DNA of 46,988 nt from assembly GCA_025964175.1 (NCBI GenBank), contig JAOPZL010000214.1:1-46988 (forward strand). The letters run 5' to 3'. Under the pieces are notes generated by a model, which saw nothing but the letters and a program-made list of their open reading frames with translations, ran no database searches and was not told the origin of the DNA. The stretch comes from Solirubrobacterales bacterium. GTDB lineage: Bacteria; Actinomycetota; Thermoleophilia; Solirubrobacterales; Solirubrobacteraceae. Positions 37,425 to 45,815 of the stretch are shown in pieces (the stretch's first letter is position 1; each line of letters starts with the position of its first letter). A program made the position numbers and the translations under genes.

Positions 37425-38900
37425 TCAGGCGTCGATTGCCAGGTAGCGCACGTCGAGGTACTCCTCGATGCCGTGGGGACCGCCCTCGCGCCCGTAGCCG
37501 GATGCCTTGATCCCGCCGAACGGGGCGGCGGCGTTGGAGACGAGCCCGCGATTGAGGCCGACCATCCCCGATTCCAGCGCCGAGGCGACCCGCAGCGCCC
37601 GCTCGACCTGGCTGGTGTAGAGGTAGCTGACGAGGCCGTACTCGGTGGCGTTGGCCAGCGCGATCGCATCGTCGTCGTCGGCGAACGGGGTGATCGGGGC
37701 CACGGGTCCGAAGATCTCCTCGCTCGACAGCCGGGCGTCGGCCGGGACCTCGGTCAGGACGGTCGGGGCGAAGAAGAAGCCGCGTCCGTCCAGGGCCGCT
37801 CCGCCGACCGGCGCCTGCGCGCCGCGGTCGATGGCGTCCTGCACCAGCTCGGCCACCCGGTCGCGCTGGCGGGCGTCGATGAGGGGGCCGATGTCGGCAC
37901 CCGGCTCGGTGCCGGCGGCGACGCGCAGCGCGCGGAAGCGCTCGGTCAGCCGCTGGGCGAACGGCTCGGCCAGCGACTCGTGGACGTAGAAGCGGTTCGC
38001 CGCCGTGCACGCCTCGCCGCCGTTGCGCAGCTTGGCCAGCATCGCTCCCTCGACGGCGCGGTCGAGGTCGGCGTCGGCCAGGACGAGGAACGGCGCGTTG
38101 CCGCCGAGCTCCAGCGACAGGCGCAGCAGCTGCTGCGCCGAGCGCGCGGCCAGGGCGCGGCCGACGGCCGTCGAACCGGTGAACGACAGCTTGCGCACGC
38201 GCGGGTCGCTCAGCAGCGGCTCCACGACCCCGGGAGCGTCGGTCGTCGTGACGACGTTGACGACGCCCGCGGGGACGCCCGCGTCCTGCAGCAGCTCGGC
38301 GAGGGCCAGCGTCGACAACGGCGTCTGGGGGGCGGGCTTGACGACGACGGTGCAGCCGGCGGCCAGCGCCGGCGCGATCTTGCGGGTGCCCATGGCCAGC
38401 GGGAAGTTCCAGGGCGTCACGAGCAGGCAGACGCCGACCGGGGCGCGCGTGACGAGCATCCGGGTGCGGCCGTCGGGGGCCAGGCCGTAGTGGCCGTCGA
38501 CGCGCACCGCCTCCTCGGAGAACCAGCGCAGGAAGTCGGCGGCGTAGTCGACCTCGCCGCGCGCCTCGGCCAGCGGCTTGCCCATCTCCAGGGTGATCAG
38601 CAGCGCGAGCTCCTCGCGCCGCTGCACGACCGCGCGATGCGCGCGCGCCAGCACGTCGGACCGCTTGCGGGGCGACGTCGCCGCCCACGCGGCCCCCGCC
38701 GCGGCGGCCTCGTCGACGGCCGCGCGCGCCTGCGTGAAGTCACAGTCGGCGACGTGCGCGAGCGGGTCGCCGGTGGCGGGATCGACGACCGCGAACACGC
38801 CGGCGGCGCCGTCGCACCAGTCGCCGCCGATCAGCGCCTGGGTCGGCACGTGGGGCAGGCGCCGGTCTCTCGCGTCCGCCGTGAAGGTATCGCTGGGCAT
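37425..38900 (-). CDS. gabD: NAD(P)-dependent succinate-semialdehyde dehydrogenase-like aldehyde dehydrogenase
   Basis: FLRWFSEEA, TPWNFP, FTGSTAVG, LELGGNAP, catalytic NGGEACTA, EEIFGPV and PFGGIKASG motifs. Confidence 0.88.
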   Translation of the reverse strand: MPSDTFTADARDRRLPHVPTQALIGGDWCDGAAGVFAVVDPATGDPLAHVADCDFTQARAAVDEAAAAGAAWAATSPRKRSDVLARAHRAVVQRREELALLITLEMGKPLAEARGEVDYAADFLRWFSEEAVRVDGHYGLAPDGRTRMLVTRAPVGVCLLVTPWNFPLAMGTRKIAPALAAGCTVVVKPAPQTPLSTLALAELLQDAGVPAGVVNVVTTTDAPGVVEPLLSDPRVRKLSFTGSTAVGRALAARSAQQLLRLSLELGGNAPFLVLADADLDRAVEGAMLAKLRNGGEACTAANRFYVHESLAEPFAQRLTERFRALRVAAGTEPGADIGPLIDARQRDRVAELVQDAIDRGAQAPVGGAALDGRGFFFAPTVLTEVPADARLSSEEIFGPVAPITPFADDDDAIALANATEYGLVSYLYTSQVERALRVASALESGMVGLNRGLVSNAAAPFGGIKASGYGREGGPHGIEEYLDVRYLAIDA

Positions 38901-38913
38901 TCTGCGATGGTAT

Positions 38914-38929
38914 ACATTCTATTGAAAAT
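38914..38929. promoter_or_regulatory. Candidate operator, motif B (ACATTCTATTGAAAAT), in a divergent promoter region
   Basis: 15 of 16 nt are identical to 40035-40050. Confidence 0.72.
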
Positions 38930-38986
38930 GCAATCGACGGAGGAGCGATCGATGGTTTCCCGACTTCCGCAGGGTGGGCAGCACTG

Positions 38987-40009
38987 ATGGCGCGCTACGG
39001 CCGCGGCGAAGCCCGCGCCTGGGCGCGCGAGCACCTGCGCGGTGTCGCGGGCTGCTTGTCCTGCACCCTGCGCGCCGATCTCGAAGGGCTCAACGAGCGG
39101 GCGACCCGCCACGACGTGCGCCTCCAGATCGAGCAGGGGTACGCCGGGACGCTGCTGGTCTCGGAGAACGGCACGACGCCGTCGGAGATGCGCGAGCTGA
39201 TCGACATCGCCGTCGACGAGGCCGATGGCCGGCTGATCACGATCCTGCAGGCGTCGGAGCCGACGCTCGCGCAGAACCTCGATCTCATCGCCTACGCCGA
39301 GAACGCCGGCGTCGACATCGTGCTGCCGTCGTTCCCGCTGACCTTCTACCCGCTGTCAGAGGACGACGTCTACGACTACTACACGGCGCTGGCGAGCTCC
39401 ACGTCGATGGGCATGATCGTCTTCGCCATCCACCTGTGGAACTTCGGCCGTCTGCATCCGAGCTCGTTCTCGCCCCGGCTGATCGCGCGCCTGATCGAGG
39501 ACTGCCCCAACGTCGTGGCCGTCAAGAACGAGATCGGGGCACCGGGCGTCGCCGGCATCTCCGAGGTCTTCGAGCGCTTCCGCGACCAGGTCGTCATCAC
39601 CGATCCGTTCGAGATGAACGCGCCGACGTGGGTGCGCGCCTACGACATGCAGTTCCTCGGGACGTCGAACTACGAGTACCTCGGGCCGGTGGTCCCGCGG
39701 ATGTTCGAGCTGCTGCGCACGCCGGGCGGCTACGACGAGGCGATGGAGCTGTACTGGAAGGTGCAGCCGGCGCGCCAGGTCAACATGCGGATCATGGGCG
39801 AGGCGGTCGCCGGGACCAACCTCGTGCCGCGCATCATCTGGAAGTACCAGGGCTGGCTCAACGGCTACAACGGCGGTCCGATCCGGTCGCCGCAGGGCCG
39901 GATCAGCGACGGGCAGATGCAGGCGCTGCGCGCCTCGCTGGTGGCCAGCGGCCTGTCGGTGCCCGAGGAGGACGACGCGGCCTTCTTCGTGGGCCGGCAT
40001 CCGGAGTGA
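38987..40009 (+). CDS. DHDPS/NAL-fold class I aldolase (hydratase-aldolase-like)
   Basis: N-terminus EARAWAREHLRG, TIM-barrel pattern and a Schiff-base Lys in PNVVAVKNE. Confidence 0.82.
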   Translation: MARYGRGEARAWAREHLRGVAGCLSCTLRADLEGLNERATRHDVRLQIEQGYAGTLLVSENGTTPSEMRELIDIAVDEADGRLITILQASEPTLAQNLDLIAYAENAGVDIVLPSFPLTFYPLSEDDVYDYYTALASSTSMGMIVFAIHLWNFGRLHPSSFSPRLIARLIEDCPNVVAVKNEIGAPGVAGISEVFERFRDQVVITDPFEMNAPTWVRAYDMQFLGTSNYEYLGPVVPRMFELLRTPGGYDEAMELYWKVQPARQVNMRIMGEAVAGTNLVPRIIWKYQGWLNGYNGGPIRSPQGRISDGQMQALRASLVASGLSVPEEDDAAFFVGRHPE

Positions 40010-40019
40010 CGCCGATGGA

Positions 40020-40050
40020 TTGACAATCCGCGCGACATTCTATAGAAAAT
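40020..40050 (+). promoter_or_regulatory. TTGACA promoter with overlapping motif B operator (ACATTCTATAGAAAAT)
   Basis: TTGACA at 40020-40025; the perfect palindrome TTCTATAGAA at 40038-40047 covers the -10 region. Confidence 0.72.
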
Positions 40051-40110
40051 CATTCGGTGGGCCGGGTCCTGTGGGGATCCGGCTCCGCAGGTTCACGAAA
40101 AGGACGTTGC

Positions 40111-41109
40111 ATGTTCGGTCTGCTCTCCCAGCTCGCCCACCTCGAGCTCCTCAGCCCCAAACCCGATGAGACCGTCCGCTTCTTCGAGGAGGTCATCGGA
40201 CTCTCGCAGACGGCGAGCGAGGGCCAGTCGGTCCACCTGCGCGCCTGGGGCGATCCGTTCCACCACAGCCTCACGGTGACCGAGGCCCCCTACTCGGGGA
40301 TCGCGCACATCGGCTGGCGCGCCGCCGGCGCGGAGCAGCTGCAGACCGTCGTGCAGCGCATCGAGGCCACCGGGCGCGGCGAGGGATGGCAGGAGCCGGT
40401 CCTCGGCCACGGCCCCGCCTACCGCTACCGCTCGCCGGGCGGGCACCTGCACGAGGTCCTGTGGGAGGTCGAGCGCTACGTCGCTCCGGCCGAGCTGCGG
40501 TCGACCTTCCCGTCCCGTCCGCAGCGCTTCGCGCCGGTCGGCGCGGCAGCCCGCCAGCTCGACCACGTGACGATCGCCACCGGCGCGATGAACGACGACA
40601 TCGCCTTCTACCGCGACGTGCACGGCGCCCGCTTCATGGAGTGCACGGTGATGACGCCCGACGCGCCCGAGCCGTTCTTCGCCGAGCTCACCAACAACGA
40701 GCAGGCCCACGACCTCGCGCTCATCGCCGACGCCGCGGGTCACCCGGGTCGGACCCACCACCTCGCCTTCTGGCTGGACCAGCCGTCGGAGGTCGTCCGC
40801 GCCGCCGACGTGATCATCGAGTCCGGGACCCCGATCGAGTTCGGCCCCGGCAAGCACGGCCACGGCGAGAACACCTACCTGTACATGCGCGAGCCGGGCG
40901 GCCACCGGGTCGAGCTGTTCTCCGGCGGCTACCGCAACTACCAGCCCGACTGGGAGCCGGTGCGCTGGGTCGCGGGTGAGGGTGGCATCGACATGTTCCG
41001 CAACTGGCCCGCTCCCGACTCGCTGCTCGAGGTCTTCCCGTCGGAAGACGCGACGGCGCAGATCGTCGACACCGAGAAGAACCCCTGGTCGATCGTCGGC
41101 GTCTCCTAG
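40111..41109 (+). CDS. Type I extradiol (catechol 2,3-) dioxygenase, VOC fold
   Basis: LAHLEL; candidate metal ligands in LDHVT, THHLAF and RVELF; GPGKHG and YLYMREPGG motifs; 332 aa. Confidence 0.92.
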   Translation: MFGLLSQLAHLELLSPKPDETVRFFEEVIGLSQTASEGQSVHLRAWGDPFHHSLTVTEAPYSGIAHIGWRAAGAEQLQTVVQRIEATGRGEGWQEPVLGHGPAYRYRSPGGHLHEVLWEVERYVAPAELRSTFPSRPQRFAPVGAAARQLDHVTIATGAMNDDIAFYRDVHGARFMECTVMTPDAPEPFFAELTNNEQAHDLALIADAAGHPGRTHHLAFWLDQPSEVVRAADVIIESGTPIEFGPGKHGHGENTYLYMREPGGHRVELFSGGYRNYQPDWEPVRWVAGEGGIDMFRNWPAPDSLLEVFPSEDATAQIVDTEKNPWSIVGVS

Positions 41110-41144
41110 ACGCCGACGCGGCCCAACGAGGAGAGAGGTCAACG

Positions 41145-42209
41145 ATGGGGTTGGATCCGGCGGCCGGCACGGCCGCCAGTCAACGTGTGCTCGCGTCCGA
41201 CGAGCCCGAGGCCACGCCGGGCCCGACTGGCGAGGCGCAGGGGAGCGACGGAGGGCCCGGCCGCGGGCGCATGTGGACGTCGCCGGAGTTCCTGGTCGGC
41301 GTCTTCCTGGTGCTGCTGTGCGTCGTCATGTCGGTGATCGAGCCGCTCTTCCGCACGGAGATCAACCTGCAGAACCTCGGACGCCAGAGCGCGGTGCTCG
41401 CGGTGCTGAGCATCGGCCTGCTGTTCCCGCTGCTCGTGGGCGGCATCGACCTCTCGCTCTCGGGCTCCATCGCCTTCGCCACGGTCGTGGCGGCACGCGT
41501 CGTCGACTCGGGCGCGTCCGTCGCGGTGGGCTTCGCGATCGCGGTCGGTGCCGTCACCGCGATCGGGCTGCTCAACGGCCTGCTGATCGGCATCGCGCGC
41601 CTGTCGCCGATCGTCGTCACGCTGGCGGCCGGGCAGATCCTCCTGGGGGTCTCGCTGCTGCTCACCAGCCAGGGCCCCATCCAGCCGCAGAATCCCGCCT
41701 ACGGTGACCTGGCGGCCTCGAAGATCGGCCCGGTGCCCGGCCTGGTCGTGGCCGCGGCGGTGTGCGCGGTGATCGCCTGGGTGCTGCTCAAGCGGCTGAA
41801 GTTCGGCCGCTACGTCTACGCGGTCGGCGGGAACGAGACCGCCGCGTGGCTGGCCGGGGTGCCGACGCCGATGGTCAAGGTCGGGGCCTACGCGATCTCC
41901 GGGTTCTTCGCCGGTGTGGCCGGCATCCTGCTGTCCTCGCGGGTCGGCTCCGGCGACGCCACGCTGGGCGCGACGATCATGTTCAGCGCGTACGCCGCCG
42001 TGTTCATCGGCGGGGTCGGCTTCGGGACCGGGCGCGGCAACGTCGCCGGCGTCGTCCTCGGCGTCCTCGTGCTCGGCGTCATCGCGAACGCGATCGACCT
42101 CCGCGGCATCGCCAGCGAGTGGCAGAACATCATCAGCGGCGTCCTCATCGTCCTCGCCATCGTCTTCCAGGCGGTTCCCGCCCGGCTGGCCCGGACCGCA
42201 TCGCCATGA
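41145..42209 (+). CDS. Sugar-type ABC transporter permease
   Basis: GGIDLS, SPIVVTLA, GRYVYAVGGNETAAWLAGV and AAVFIGG motifs. Confidence 0.92.
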   Translation: MGLDPAAGTAASQRVLASDEPEATPGPTGEAQGSDGGPGRGRMWTSPEFLVGVFLVLLCVVMSVIEPLFRTEINLQNLGRQSAVLAVLSIGLLFPLLVGGIDLSLSGSIAFATVVAARVVDSGASVAVGFAIAVGAVTAIGLLNGLLIGIARLSPIVVTLAAGQILLGVSLLLTSQGPIQPQNPAYGDLAASKIGPVPGLVVAAAVCAVIAWVLLKRLKFGRYVYAVGGNETAAWLAGVPTPMVKVGAYAISGFFAGVAGILLSSRVGSGDATLGATIMFSAYAAVFIGGVGFGTGRGNVAGVVLGVLVLGVIANAIDLRGIASEWQNIISGVLIVLAIVFQAVPARLARTASP

Positions 42210-43735
42210 CGGGGTCCGCGGTCGCCGCGCGCGGCGTCTCCAAGGCGTTCAACGGCGTCCTGGCCCTGCGCGACGTCAGCTTCGGCGTGGCGCCGGGCGA
42301 GGCGCGCGGCCTGATCGGCGAGAACGGGGCCGGGAAGTCCACGCTGATCAAGATCCTGTCGGGGGCCCTGCGGCCCGACTCCGGCACCGTCGAGGTGGCG
42401 GGCGAGCCGGTGCACTTCACCAGCCCGCACGGCGCGCTGGAGCAGGGCATCGGCACGGTCCACCAGCGCAACTTCCTCGTGCCGTCGCTGACCGTGCTCG
42501 AGAACGTCGAGCTCGGCTACGAGCGTCAGCGCACGCCACTGGGATGGCTCGATCGGCGGCCGCGGGAGGGATCGGTGGAGGCGTTGGCGTTCGTCGGGCT
42601 GGAGCACCGGCTGCAGACGCCGGTCGGCGCGATCAGCCTGGCCGATCGCCAGCTCGTGGCCATCGCCCGCGCGCTCTCGCGTGGCAGCCGGCTGATGATC
42701 TTCGACGAGCCCACCGCCGTCCTCTCACCGGTCGAGTCGGCGTACATGTTCGACGTCATCGAGCGCCTGCGAGCGGCTGGGACGGCGCTCATCTACGTCA
42801 CCCACCGACTCGAGGAGCTGCCGCGCGTGGCGGCCGCGATCACGGTGATGCGCGACGGCGAGATCGTCGCCGACGCCGACCCGTCGCTCCCCGCGCGTGA
42901 CCTCGTCGAGCTGATGGCCGGTCACGACGCCGTCGTCCACGAGGACGCGCAGCGCGCCGCGGCCCAGCGTCGCGCTCGCAGCCGGCCGGCCGACACCTCG
43001 CCGCTGCTGACCGTGAACGGGCTGAGCGACCGCGACGGCGCCTTTCGCGACGTCGACTTCGCGCTCGGGCGCGGCGACATCGTCTCGCTCGTCGGCCTTC
43101 CGGACTCCGGGGTGACGCAGCTCGTCGCGGCCATCTCGGGCGCCCGGCGCCCGCACGCCGGGGAGATCCGCATCGACGGCCGGCGCGTGTCGGTCCGGTC
43201 GCCGCGCGGCGCGATCCGCTCGGGCATCGGCTACGTCAGCGGTGACCGCGGCCAGAAGGGCGTCATCCCCAACTTCTCGGTGCGGCGGACGGCGACCCTG
43301 TCGTCGCTGGATCGCGTGAGCCGCTTCAGCGTGATCGGGCCCGCCGCCGACGCGCGGCTCGCCTCCCGCTTCCTCGAGCAGTGCCAGGTCCGTGCGGCGA
43401 GCAGCGGCATGAGCATCACCGCGCTCAGCGGCGGCAACCAGCAGAAGGCGCTGGTGGCCCGGATGCTCGCGGCCGAGCCGCGCGTGCTGGTCTTCGAGGA
43501 CCCGACGGCGGGCGTCGACGTGGCCGGGCGCGAGGCGCTGTACGACCTCGTCGCCGCCTGCTGCGAGCGCGGGCACGCGGTCCTGTGGACGAGCAGCGAC
43601 CTGCGCGAGGTCACCACGGTCTGCGACCGCGCCCTCGTGTTGTGGCGCGGCACCGTCGTCCGCGAGATCGACCGTGACGACTTGACCGTGCGGGCGCTCA
43701 TGAGCGCCCAGTTCAACCAGACGGACACCCCGTAA
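42206..43735 (+). CDS. Sugar-type ABC transporter ATP-binding protein, two NBDs
   Basis: ATGA overlap with the permease. GENGAGKST, FDEPT, LSGGNQQK and EDPTAGVD motifs; 509 aa. Confidence 0.93.
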   Translation: MTGSAVAARGVSKAFNGVLALRDVSFGVAPGEARGLIGENGAGKSTLIKILSGALRPDSGTVEVAGEPVHFTSPHGALEQGIGTVHQRNFLVPSLTVLENVELGYERQRTPLGWLDRRPREGSVEALAFVGLEHRLQTPVGAISLADRQLVAIARALSRGSRLMIFDEPTAVLSPVESAYMFDVIERLRAAGTALIYVTHRLEELPRVAAAITVMRDGEIVADADPSLPARDLVELMAGHDAVVHEDAQRAAAQRRARSRPADTSPLLTVNGLSDRDGAFRDVDFALGRGDIVSLVGLPDSGVTQLVAAISGARRPHAGEIRIDGRRVSVRSPRGAIRSGIGYVSGDRGQKGVIPNFSVRRTATLSSLDRVSRFSVIGPAADARLASRFLEQCQVRAASSGMSITALSGGNQQKALVARMLAAEPRVLVFEDPTAGVDVAGREALYDLVAACCERGHAVLWTSSDLREVTTVCDRALVLWRGTVVREIDRDDLTVRALMSAQFNQTDTP

Positions 43736-43777
43736 CCGGAACACCAGCGCATCCGCGCTGAAACGAGGAGGAGAGAC

Positions 43778-44941
43778 ATGGACAGCAAGAAGCTGTGGAC
43801 CGCCCCTGCCCTGTTGGCGATCACCGCGTTGGTAGCCAGCGGCTGCGGCTCGAGCTCGAGCGATTCGAGCACCGCCGCCAGCACCCAGGCCGCGGCCGCG
43901 GCCGACACGACGGCAGCGGCGGCGGCGACGACGACGGCGACGACGAAGAGCGCATCGGTCGCGGACTTCCCCGACTACGACTCGTTCGCGCCGCCGAACT
44001 TCGTCAAGCCGACCAAGCAGCTGAACGTGGCGGCGCTGATCGCCGACACCTCGCTGCCGCTGCAGAAGAGCATGGTCCAGGGGTGGCAGGACGGCGCCAA
44101 GGAGTACGGCGTCAAGCTCACCGTGTACGACGCGGGCGGCTTCCAGAACTCCGCCCGCCAGGTGTCGCAGATGGAGACGGCGATCGGGACCAACCCCGAC
44201 GCGATGATCATCCTGCCGACGTCGCCGGTGTCGCTGAACGCGCAGATCGCGCAGGCCAAGGCGAAGGGCATCCCGGTGATCGGCGAGCTGATCCCGCCGA
44301 CGAGCACCGACATGGCGTTCTCGTTCGCCGAGCCGCTGGCCGACAACGGTGAGAAGCTCGTCAACGCGGTCTCCGAGAAGATCGGCGGCAAGGGGAAGGT
44401 CTTCCTCATCAACGGCGGCGCCGGCGGCGCGCCCGACGTCGTCACCACGACCGGGATGAAGAAGGCGCTCGCGGCCCATCCCGACATCGAGGTCGTCTTC
44501 GAGAAGCACCTGGCCTCGTTCGATCCCGCTGGGGCCCAGCAGGCGGCCGAGAACGCCCTGGTCAAGAACCCGGACGTCGCCGGCGTGATCACGAACTCGA
44601 CGACGATCGCCCAGGGTGCGACGGCGGCGATGAAGCAGGCCGGCAAGAACGACGTCGTCGTCTCGGGCATCGGGCCGGACACGGCCCAGCAGATCGAGGA
44701 GATCCGCTCCGGGAAGATCGCCGTGGCGATCACCGAGCCGTTCTACAAGATCAGCAAGCTGCTGATGCAGTGGGCCGTGGCGATCCCCGGTGGCGCGAAG
44801 CCGCCGGCGATGGTCGTCCCCGTGGAGCCGATGGTCTTCACGCCCGACAACATCGACGAGGCGATCTCGTCCGGGAAGCTGTTCGACCAGCTGACCCCGA
44901 CGGCTCTGGGCTGCGGCCCGGGGCAGTCGAAGGAGTGCTGA
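43778..44941 (+). CDS. Sugar-type ABC transporter substrate-binding lipoprotein
   Basis: Lipobox VASGC, Ser/Thr/Ala linker and PBP type I pattern; RBS GAGGAGG. Confidence 0.9.
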   Translation: MDSKKLWTAPALLAITALVASGCGSSSSDSSTAASTQAAAAADTTAAAAATTTATTKSASVADFPDYDSFAPPNFVKPTKQLNVAALIADTSLPLQKSMVQGWQDGAKEYGVKLTVYDAGGFQNSARQVSQMETAIGTNPDAMIILPTSPVSLNAQIAQAKAKGIPVIGELIPPTSTDMAFSFAEPLADNGEKLVNAVSEKIGGKGKVFLINGGAGGAPDVVTTTGMKKALAAHPDIEVVFEKHLASFDPAGAQQAAENALVKNPDVAGVITNSTTIAQGATAAMKQAGKNDVVVSGIGPDTAQQIEEIRSGKIAVAITEPFYKISKLLMQWAVAIPGGAKPPAMVVPVEPMVFTPDNIDEAISSGKLFDQLTPTALGCGPGQSKEC

Positions 44942-44957
44942 ACCGCCGCTGAACGGC

Positions 44958-44992
44958 TGCGCGCGGCTCGGCTGGATGCCGAGCTGCGCGCA
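44958..44992. terminator. 15-bp hairpin (one G-U pair) between the convergent SBP and gntR genes
   Basis: TGCGCGCGGCTCGGC-TGGAT-GCCGAGCTGCGCGCA. Confidence 0.6.
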
Positions 44993-45006
44993 CGGCGCGC
45001 GGCGAG

Positions 45007-45681
45007 CTAGATGCCGAGCTGCGCGCGCACGCCGGCTTCGCTGGCCGCGATGTGGTCGGTCAGCAGCCGCGTGGCCTCGTGCACCCGGCAGGCCACGCTG
45101 GCCTCCTGGATGCGCTCGTGCTCGCGGGAGATCTCCTCGATGTCGCGCGGCTCGAGGCTCAGCACCCAGTAGCGCTCGCACTGGTCGCGCAGCAGCCGCA
45201 CCGTGCGCGGCCACCAGGAGTTGCCCGCCTTGGAGATCAGCGCGTAGTGCCACTCACGGTGGGCCGCGTCGTAGGCCGCGCGGTCGTCGGGAGCGGTGGT
45301 GGCGATCTCCTGCATGCGGTCGAAGGTCGTGCGCAGGGATTCCAGCCACTCCTCGTCGGCCCGCTCGAGCGAGCGCCCCAGGGCCATCGGCTCGAGGACG
45401 ACCCGGAGGTCGTACAGCTCGGCGAGCTCGTCGGGGCTGATCGGCGCGACGCGGACGCCGCGGTGCGAGGTGTGGACGAGGAAGCCCTCCGCCGCGAGCC
45501 GCTGGAACGCCTCGCGCACCGGGGTCTCGCTGACGCTCCACTGCTCGGCGAAGTCACGCGCCCGCAGCGGGCGATCGCCGCGCAGCGTGCCTTCCATGAT
45601 GGCCTCGCGCAGGCGCTGGACGACCCACTCGGTCCGGGAGACAGGCCCGGGGCCCACGTCGGAGATCGAAGACGCTGACAC
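45007..45681 (-). CDS. GntR family transcriptional regulator (wHTH + FCD)
   Basis: VSETPVREAFQRLAAEG, HRGVRV, ELYDLRVVLE, HREWH and EHERI motifs. Confidence 0.93.
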   Translation of the reverse strand: MSASSISDVGPGPVSRTEWVVQRLREAIMEGTLRGDRPLRARDFAEQWSVSETPVREAFQRLAAEGFLVHTSHRGVRVAPISPDELAELYDLRVVLEPMALGRSLERADEEWLESLRTTFDRMQEIATTAPDDRAAYDAAHREWHYALISKAGNSWWPRTVRLLRDQCERYWVLSLEPRDIEEISREHERIQEASVACRVHEATRLLTDHIAASEAGVRAQLGI

Positions 45682-45715
45682 GGGAATAGAATATAGCGGG
45701 AGAATCGGGCGTCAA
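45682..45715 (-). promoter_or_regulatory. Leaderless promoter (TTGACG-N16-TATTCT-N6-GTG) with overlapping motif B (AATAGAATATAG 45685-45696)
   Basis: Read directly on the minus strand. No RBS precedes GTG 45681. Confidence 0.62.
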
Positions 45716-45815
45716 TGCGGCGGCGGAGCGATCACGCCGGGCCCGTTGCTCAGGGAGCTGTTGGCCACGATCTGGACGTCTTGCGGACCTGTCAGCGGCG
45801 CCGCGGCCCGTCGCT

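Noticed and set aside
35559-38987. 1142-aa plus-strand ORF and other long overlapping ORFs (35800-38688, 31536-34007, 42725-45253)
   Set aside because: These are alternative-frame or antisense shadows of genes with clear family motifs.
32976-41109. Standard hpa (4-hydroxyphenylacetate) or kynurenine pathway operon
   Set aside because: hpaC/E/F/H and kynA/kynU are not recognisable in the window, so only family-level similarity is supported.
43850-43950. Short GCG/ACG-rich repeats in the SBP gene (also near 24260-24330)
   Set aside because: They encode the Ser/Thr/Ala linker after the lipobox. They are not a CRISPR array or a tandem-repeat element.
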